Shown: positions 42,588 through 48,260 of the stretch, piece by piece
Layout: every line of letters begins with the position of its first letter
Position numbering within the stretch: the first letter of the stretch is position 1
Origin: an uncultured Armatimonadetes bacterium
Lineage (GTDB): Bacteria > Armatimonadota > Fimbriimonadia > Fimbriimonadales > GBS-DC
Assembly: GCA_937139515.1 (NCBI GenBank)
Contig: CAKZQI010000174.1
Location: 1-48,260 of the forward strand
Direction of reading: 5' to 3'
Length of the DNA stretch: 48,260 nt
The notes under the pieces: model-generated
The model's input: the letters and a program-made list of their open reading frames with translations, nothing else
Databases searched by the model: none
Told to the model about the DNA's origin: nothing
Position numbers and translations under genes: made by a program

Positions 42588-44974
42588 CGGTCTCTGACGC
42601 GGTGCTTTCGGCAGGTTCTTTTAGGCTCACTCCCGCGCGTGAAGCGCTTGCGAACCACTTCGGGGCAGTAGTCGGTGGCGCGCTCGCCCGTGTCTGCACA
42701 CACATCCACCGCAACCGTCTCAACAGGTGGTGGAGGGGGTGGAGGGAGCGGAGGGGGAGGGGGAGTGCTCGTGCGAGGCGCACCCTCCGAAGTGCGAGGC
42801 GTTGGGTCGGAACCCCAACGCGCGGAACCGGACTGCGTCGTTTCTATCGGGTTGGAAGACGCTGGCGAGAGGGCTGGCTCAGACGGTTGTGGAGCGCGCA
42901 CCGTGTCGTTCGCAGGGGGTGGAGCCGGCTCGGTGGGAGGCGTCTCTGGAGCAGGAGACGCTTCCGAGGGTGCCGGCGCTTCGGGAGTGGTCGTCTCCGC
43001 CGGGGGAGTGGGTGTCGGCTCGGTTTGCGGAACAGGTTCGGCAGGCTTTGGCGGGTTGATGCGCTGGTCAATCTCCAGCACACGCGCCATCAGGTCTGCC
43101 CAGATACGGGCGCAGACCGTGCCTCCGAACACGCGACGCATCGGGCGATACTCCCACTGACCGGTTTGGGAGTTGTAATGCTCGCTGGCGACCCAAACCA
43201 CCGCCAGATAGTGGTCGGTGTAGCCGACGAACCAGGCGTCGCGGTAGTCGCTGGTGGTGCCCGTTTTCCCGCGAGCGTTGGGGATGCGTGCGGCGGCGCG
43301 CCCCGTGCCGTTCACGACCGCCGTGCGCAAAATCTCGTCCATCCACTGCGCCGACTGCTCAGAAAGCACGCTCGGCACGATTTGCCCTTTCTGGTCAACC
43401 AACACGACGCCGTTGGCATCCACCGCCTTGCGCAGGAGGAACGGCTCCACGCGGTTGCCTCCTGTGGCGAACACGCTGAACGCCTCCGCCAACTCTATCG
43501 GGCGCACCGCCGAGGCTCCCAAAGCGAGGGGCAGAACAGGGTCTAACGGCGACTCGATACCGAAGCGTTCACGGGCATATCGGGCGACCGTTTCGGGACC
43601 CACCAACTGCATCGCCCGAATTGCAGGGATGTTGATGGATGCGGCGAGCGCACGGCTCACGCTCACCGAGCCACGAAATTTGCCGTCGGCGTTCTGAGGA
43701 CGCCACATCTTGCCCCCGCCTGCGGGCATACTCATCGGGCTATCGGAAAGGACGCTGGTCGGAGTGAGTTTGCCCAGTTCAAAAGCGGTTGCGTACACAA
43801 TCGGCTTGAACGCCGAGCCGGGTTGGCGTCGCCCTTGAGTGATGTTGTTGTACTGCGAGCGCCGAAAATCTACCCCACCCACCAGCGCGCGCACATAGCC
43901 CGTGCGCAGGTCTATCAGCACAATCGCCCCTTGATTGACCCCCTGATTGGCGAAGGCGCGAATGCCGCTCTGGAGCGCTTGCTCCGCAGCGCGTTGCATC
44001 TCCATATGGAGCGTGGTGTAGACCTTCAGCCCACCTTGCAAGATGAACTCACGCCCATACATCTCCTCCAGCTGGCGGAGCACATCCATCACGAAGTAGG
44101 GCGCCAAGAAACGCGATTGGGGTCGGTTGCGGGTCAGGCGCAGGGGTTCTTGCTTGGCGACATCGCGCTGGTCCGGGGTGATATAGCCCTCGCGTGCCAT
44201 CAGGTCCAAGGTCAGGTTGCGCTGGCGTATCGCCTCGTCGGGATTGCCGAACGGCTCGTAAGCGGAAGGGCGCTGGGGAAGCGAGGCTAACAGCGCACAC
44301 TCTGCTACGGTGAGCTTGTCCAACGGCTTGTTGAAATAGACCCGCGCCGCCGCTTTGACCCCATACGCGCCGTTGCCATAGTAGACCTGATTGAGATACA
44401 GCTCCAACACGCGCTCTTTGCTCAACCTGCGTTCAATCTCTTGGGCGAGGATAATCTCTTGGATTTTGCGAGAGAAGGTGCGCCGTTGGCTCAGGAACAC
44501 ATTGCGCGCCAGTTGTTGGGTGAGCGTGCTTCCGCCCTGACGAATATCGCCTTCGTTGAGGTTCACCCAGAGGGCGCGTGCGGTACCGCGCCAGTCCACG
44601 CCCCGATGTTGCCAGAAGCGTCGGTCTTCTTTGGCAATCGTGGCGTTGATGAGATGTTTGGGGATTTGGGCGAGCTCAACGGGTTCGCGGTACTCCTCGG
44701 CAATCCGCGCCAGCTGGGTGCCATCGCTGGCGTAAATCAGACTGGCTTGGCGGGGCTGAAAATTCTCAATCACCGTCACCGACGGCATCATCTGGGCGAC
44801 TTGATAGTACAGCACCGCCACGAAAGTGATGCCCCCCAGCATCAGAGTCAAGAAGACCAGGCTCAGGTACGCCAGCAAACGCTTCCACCAGCGACGGCGT
44901 TTGCGCTTCGGTCGCCCTGATACCGTTTCCGCCGAGCCACGCATGGACACAAAAGTATACCTGAGGAAGCGCAC
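42584..44974 (-). CDS. Bifunctional class A penicillin-binding protein (PBP1A family) with Pro-rich C-terminal tail
   Basis: GT51 motifs EDRRFWQHRGVD, GGSTLTQQLARN and RKIQE. Transpeptidase motifs SAFKP and KTGTTSD. About 130 aa of P/T/E/A-rich tail is followed by a Cys-containing terminal module. The start is GTG 44974 or ATG 44944. Confidence 0.9.
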   Translation of the reverse strand: MRFLRYTFVSMRGSAETVSGRPKRKRRRWWKRLLAYLSLVFLTLMLGGITFVAVLYYQVAQMMPSVTVIENFQPRQASLIYASDGTQLARIAEEYREPVELAQIPKHLINATIAKEDRRFWQHRGVDWRGTARALWVNLNEGDIRQGGSTLTQQLARNVFLSQRRTFSRKIQEIILAQEIERRLSKERVLELYLNQVYYGNGAYGVKAAARVYFNKPLDKLTVAECALLASLPQRPSAYEPFGNPDEAIRQRNLTLDLMAREGYITPDQRDVAKQEPLRLTRNRPQSRFLAPYFVMDVLRQLEEMYGREFILQGGLKVYTTLHMEMQRAAEQALQSGIRAFANQGVNQGAIVLIDLRTGYVRALVGGVDFRRSQYNNITQGRRQPGSAFKPIVYATAFELGKLTPTSVLSDSPMSMPAGGGKMWRPQNADGKFRGSVSVSRALAASINIPAIRAMQLVGPETVARYARERFGIESPLDPVLPLALGASAVRPIELAEAFSVFATGGNRVEPFLLRKAVDANGVVLVDQKGQIVPSVLSEQSAQWMDEILRTAVVNGTGRAAARIPNARGKTGTTSDYRDAWFVGYTDHYLAVVWVASEHYNSQTGQWEYRPMRRVFGGTVCARIWADLMARVLEIDQRINPPKPAEPVPQTEPTPTPPAETTTPEAPAPSEASPAPETPPTEPAPPPANDTVRAPQPSEPALSPASSNPIETTQSGSARWGSDPTPRTSEGAPRTSTPPPPPLPPPPPPPVETVAVDVCADTGERATDYCPEVVRKRFTRGSEPKRTCRKHRVRDR

Positions 44975-45021
44975 ACCGCATCACTTCACGGAAGAACCCA
45001 CCAAGCGGGTACAATAACGCT

Positions 45022-46242
45022 ATGACACAGACGCTCAGCTCGGTTTCCTATGCCCATGTCAGCGAGTTAGACCATCAGTACCTTCTCCAAGTGTATCGTC
45101 GGTTCCCCGTGCTAATCGTGCGCGGGCAGGGCGTATGGCTGTATGACGAGCAAGGCAACGCCTACTTAGACTTCTTGTCGGGCATCGCCGTGTGCAGTGT
45201 GGGGCACTGCCACCCGAAGTTCGTCCAGCGCCTTAGCGAACAGGCGGGACGGCTGATTCATGTGAGCAACCTCCTGCTCACTGAACCCCCCGCCCAACTG
45301 GCGAAGCGTCTGTGTGAAGTGTCGGGTATGGAGCGCGTCTTCTTCACCAACAGCGGTGCCGAAGCGTGCGAAGCCACCATCAAGATTGCCCGCAAGTACG
45401 CCAACCATGTCCGCAAAGTGCCCGACTACGAGATTTTGGTCTTAGAAGGCAGTTTTCACGGGCGCACGATGGGCGCAGTCTCGGCGACCGCCCAACCGAA
45501 GTATCAGGAGCCGTTTGCGCCCCTGTTGCCCGGCTTTCGGGTCATCCCTGCCAACGATATCGATGCGCTGCAGACCGCCTTCAACGAGCGCACGGTAGCC
45601 ATCATGCTGGAGCCAATTCAAGGCGAGGGCGGAGTGCGCCCCCTGAGCGACGATTACCTGCGCCGAGTGCGTGAGCTTTGCGACGAGTATCAAGCGCTGA
45701 TGATAGTGGACGAGGTGCAGGCGGGTGTGGGGCGCACAGGCAAGTGGTTCTCGTATCAGCACGCCGATATTCTGCCCGATGTGGTGGCTTCTGCGAAGGG
45801 TTTGGGCGGGGGCTTCCCGATTGGCGCCTGCCTGATGCGGGGCGTCGCCAGCACGGTGCTTCAGCCAGGCGACCACGGTACGACCTATGGGGGCAACCCC
45901 CTCGCCGCCTCAGCAGGCTTAGCCGTGATGGAGATTATTGAGGAGGAGAACCTGTGTGAGAACGCCGAGCGCGTGGGCAACTATTTGGCGAGTCGCCTCC
46001 ACGAACTCCAAGCGCAAGGTGCTCCCATCACCGAAGTGCGCGGGCGTGGGCTGATGCTCGGCGTGCAACTGAGCCTGCCGATTGCCCGAACCGTCGTGCA
46101 GAAGGCGCTGGAACATCGGCTCATCCTGAACGCCACCAGCGACTATGTGCTACGGCTCGTGCCCCCACTCGTGCTGACCGAAGCGGAAGTGGATATTGCG
46201 GTGGATATTCTCAATCAAGTCCTTCAGGAGGTTCAACCATGA
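45022..46242 (+). CDS. argD: Acetylornithine aminotransferase family (class III PLP aminotransferase)
   Basis: FTNSGAEACE, LMIVDEVQAGVGRTGKWF, PLP Lys in ASAKGLGGGFP, and TYGGNPLA. Confidence 0.85.
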   Translation: MTQTLSSVSYAHVSELDHQYLLQVYRRFPVLIVRGQGVWLYDEQGNAYLDFLSGIAVCSVGHCHPKFVQRLSEQAGRLIHVSNLLLTEPPAQLAKRLCEVSGMERVFFTNSGAEACEATIKIARKYANHVRKVPDYEILVLEGSFHGRTMGAVSATAQPKYQEPFAPLLPGFRVIPANDIDALQTAFNERTVAIMLEPIQGEGGVRPLSDDYLRRVRELCDEYQALMIVDEVQAGVGRTGKWFSYQHADILPDVVASAKGLGGGFPIGACLMRGVASTVLQPGDHGTTYGGNPLAASAGLAVMEIIEEENLCENAERVGNYLASRLHELQAQGAPITEVRGRGLMLGVQLSLPIARTVVQKALEHRLILNATSDYVLRLVPPLVLTEAEVDIAVDILNQVLQEVQP

Positions 46243-46556
46243 GCGCATTTCAGGTCATCTTGTTGGTCTATCTGATTATCGTCGCCAGTGGAGGCGTGAT
46301 GGGCTATGTCTCTGCACAGAGCACGGTATCGCTCATCGCAGGTCTGGCAAGCGGTGTGGTGCTGGCGGTTGCACTGGCGCTGACCTATCGGATGCCCCAA
46401 GTTGGTTTTGGGTTAGCCGCGCTGGCTTCGCTGGCGTTGGGAATCTTCTTCACGATGCGATTCTTTGAGACGGGCAAATGGATGCCCGGCGGGATTACGA
46501 TGATACTCAGCGGGCTGAACTTCATCGTGATGGTGGTTGCCCTTCTACGAAAATAA
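46239..46556 (+). CDS. TMEM14/UPF0136-like small membrane protein
   Basis: Four TM helices with [23 protein letters not shown] at the N-terminus. The ATG overlaps the argD stop codon. Confidence 0.65.
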   Translation: MSAFQVILLVYLIIVASGGVMGYVSAQSTVSLIAGLASGVVLAVALALTYRMPQVGFGLAALASLALGIFFTMRFFETGKWMPGGITMILSGLNFIVMVVALLRK

Positions 46557-46559
46557 GCG

Positions 46560-47363
46560 ATGGCACAGGACAAGATTATCATCACGGGTGCGCGCGAGCA
46601 CAACCTCAAGAACCTGCATGTGGAAATCCCGCGCGACAAGCTGGTCGTGATAACGGGCATCTCCGGTTCGGGCAAGTCCACCTTAGCGTTTGACACGCTG
46701 TTCGCTGAGGGTCAGCGTCGGTATGTGGAGAGTCTCTCGTCCTATGCGCGCCAGTTTCTGGGCGTGATGGACAAGCCCGATGTGGACTCGATAGAGGGTT
46801 TGTCGCCCGCGGTGTCGATTGACCAGAAGTCCACCAGCCACAACCCACGCAGTACGGTAGGCACGGTGACGGAGATTTATGACTACCTGCGCCTGCTCTT
46901 TGCGCGTGCGGGGCGCCCCCACTGCCCCCAGTGTGGCAAGCCGATTACACGCCAGTCGGTGGATGGGATTGTAGACACCGTGATGCGCTTACCGGAGGGC
47001 ACCCGCATCCAAGTGCTGGCGCCGATTGTGCGCGGGCGCAAAGGCGAGTATCGCCATGTGTTTGACGAGGTGCAGAAGCTTGGCTTCGTGCGCGTGCGCG
47101 TGGATGGACAGGTGTACGAACTGCCCGAAGTGCCCCCCTTAGACCGCTACAAACAGCACACGATTGAAGTGGTCGTGGACCGCTTGGTGGTGCGTGCGGG
47201 CGTGCAGTCGCGCCTTGCCGAAGCGGTGGAGACCGCTCTCAAACTGGCAAAGGGGAATGTGACGGTTCACATCGTCGGGCTACCCGAGCGCGCCGCCGTA
47301 TCCGCCGATGAATCGTCCAACGCCTCAACGCACTCTAACACAGCGGAGGGACAACCGAAATGA
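46560..47363 (+). pseudogene. uvrA: uvrA N-terminal fragment (about 240 of ~940 codons) ending in unrelated sequence
   Basis: Colinear with E. coli UvrA from the N-terminus ([78 protein letters not shown]) to about [12 protein letters not shown]. Then 27 unrelated codons and a stop. The zinc modules, signature II and second ABC domain are absent. Confidence 0.75.
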
Positions 47364-48037
47364 ACCAAATCTTGCAAGAGAAAGACCGACAGACTTTACA
47401 GAAGCGATTTGAAAGTTTGCCCAACACGGTCAAACTGGTCGTTTTCACCACCGGCCGCTCGCCCGAGACGAGCGAGTTGCTCTCGATGCTCATCCAAGAG
47501 GTGATTAGCACGGCGCCCAGCAAGCTCGTGATGGAGCAACATAGCATCGAGTTGGAGCCAGCTGTTGCGCAGGAGTACGGGATTTCCCATGCACCAGCAG
47601 TGGTTGTGCGCAGTGAAGCGAAGGATTACGGAATCCGCTATTTGGGCATTCCTGCGGGCTTTGAGTTCGCCTCGTTGGTGGGGGCGATTGAGGATGTCGG
47701 CAAGGGCGACCCCGGTTTGTCGCCTGATAGCCGATTGATGCTGGCGAACCTGAACCGCCCCGTGCATATCCGCGTGTTCGTGACTTACGGTTGTCCTTAC
47801 TGCCCTGCGGCGGTGCGTTTGGCACACAAGCTGGCGATGGCGAATGACCTGATTACCGCCGAAGGGGTCAGCAGTGAAGACTTTCCTGAGTTGGCGAACG
47901 AGTTCGGCGTGATGGCAGTGCCCAAGACGGTGGTGAACGACCGCCATAGCTTTGAGGGGGCACTCCCCGAGCCGCAGTTCGTTCAACAGGTGCTGCGCGG
48001 GGCGAGCACAAGCAGTGGGCTGATTATCGTGCCATAG
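47360..48037 (+). CDS. Protein disulfide oxidoreductase (glutaredoxin-like, two thioredoxin folds; thermophile PDO type)
   Basis: Two Trx-fold halves, with active site [12 protein letters not shown] in the second. Its architecture resembles Pyrococcus/Aquifex PDO. The ATG overlaps the uvrA-fragment stop codon (ATGA). Confidence 0.75.
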   Translation: MNQILQEKDRQTLQKRFESLPNTVKLVVFTTGRSPETSELLSMLIQEVISTAPSKLVMEQHSIELEPAVAQEYGISHAPAVVVRSEAKDYGIRYLGIPAGFEFASLVGAIEDVGKGDPGLSPDSRLMLANLNRPVHIRVFVTYGCPYCPAAVRLAHKLAMANDLITAEGVSSEDFPELANEFGVMAVPKTVVNDRHSFEGALPEPQFVQQVLRGASTSSGLIIVP

Positions 48038-48039
48038 TC

Positions 48040-48171
48040 CCCCTGAGGGTGTTTGAAAAATCAAAGGACAGGCCCCCTAAGCCCCCTCTCCGTTTACATA
48101 GAGGGGGTTGGGGGTGAGGTCAATATAGATTTCTTAAACCCCCTCCGAACCCCTGAGGGTGTTCGAAAAAT
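48040..48171. repeat. 110-bp direct repeat flanking a family 2 hairpin
   Basis: cccctgagggtgtt(t/c)gaaaaat occurs at 48040 and 48150. Between them lies ccccctctccgtttacatagaggggg-ttgggggtgagg, a family 2 module in inverted orientation. Confidence 0.7.
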
Positions 48172-48175
48172 TACC

Positions 48176-48260
48176 GGGAGCGCGGGCGGGACGCCCGCAT
48201 CCGTGGCATTCGCATCCCTTACCAAGCGGTTCTCAACGACGATGCAGGCGAGACGCCTGC
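48176..48260. repeat. Family 3 short GC hairpins
   Basis: gcgggcg-gga-cgcccgc (48182-48198) and gcaggcg-aga-cgcctgc (48244-48260), which runs into the window edge. Confidence 0.55.

Noticed and set aside
42675-43160. Gly-rich ORFs and low-complexity DNA looked like a possible repeat element or a collagen-like gene.
   Set aside because: This is the antisense of the Pro-rich C-terminal tail of PBP1A. The low complexity reflects the encoded P/T/E/A linker rather than a separate feature.

Overview
This is a roughly 60% GC, densely coding bacterial chromosomal segment. The PfPDO-type disulfide oxidoreductase, PEP-CTERM and SLH surface proteins, and prepilin-type [16 protein letters not shown] proteins suggest a thermophilic Armatimonadota/Chloroflexota-like organism, but that is low-confidence inference. 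I support about 38 protein genes. Housekeeping genes are metE (5'-partial), gltX, smc, queA, PBP2, PBP1A, argD, speH and metX. Envelope or secreted proteins are a Wza-like exporter, an M28 peptidase, an SLH-anchored FAD oxidoreductase, a dockerin-tagged hydrolase, a serpin lipoprotein and two PEP-CTERM proteins. There is also a cruF-crtI/D carotenoid pair, an indoleamine-2,3-dioxygenase homolog, and convergent tRNA-Ala(GGC) and tRNA-Asn(GUU) genes, each with a consensus sigma70 promoter. The main findings are as follows. (1) A cobalamin-riboswitch-like leader with an intrinsic terminator lies directly upstream of a PEP-CTERM, propeller-like surface protein, which is not a classical B12 regulon member. 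(2) A presenilin-like GxGD intramembrane protease (D...GVGD...PAL) is translationally coupled (ATGA) to a prepilin-type protein. (3) GC-rich hairpin repeat modules are inserted in frame in the smc hinge and in a methyltransferase linker, in a conserved cyclic module order. (4) A palindromic MITE/REP-like family (tgtcaccctgagcg...cgctcagaatgaca) is scattered through the window and amplified into a 101-bp (202-bp higher-order) tandem array. (5) A uvrA N-terminal remnant sits inside a tightly coupled operon. (6) One pseudopilin gene is frameshifted. (7) One protein carries two degenerate Doc/Fic-like motifs. (8) A consensus promoter is followed by a ~275-nt structured leader ahead of speH-metX. 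All calls come from reading the sequence and recalling family motifs; no searches were run.
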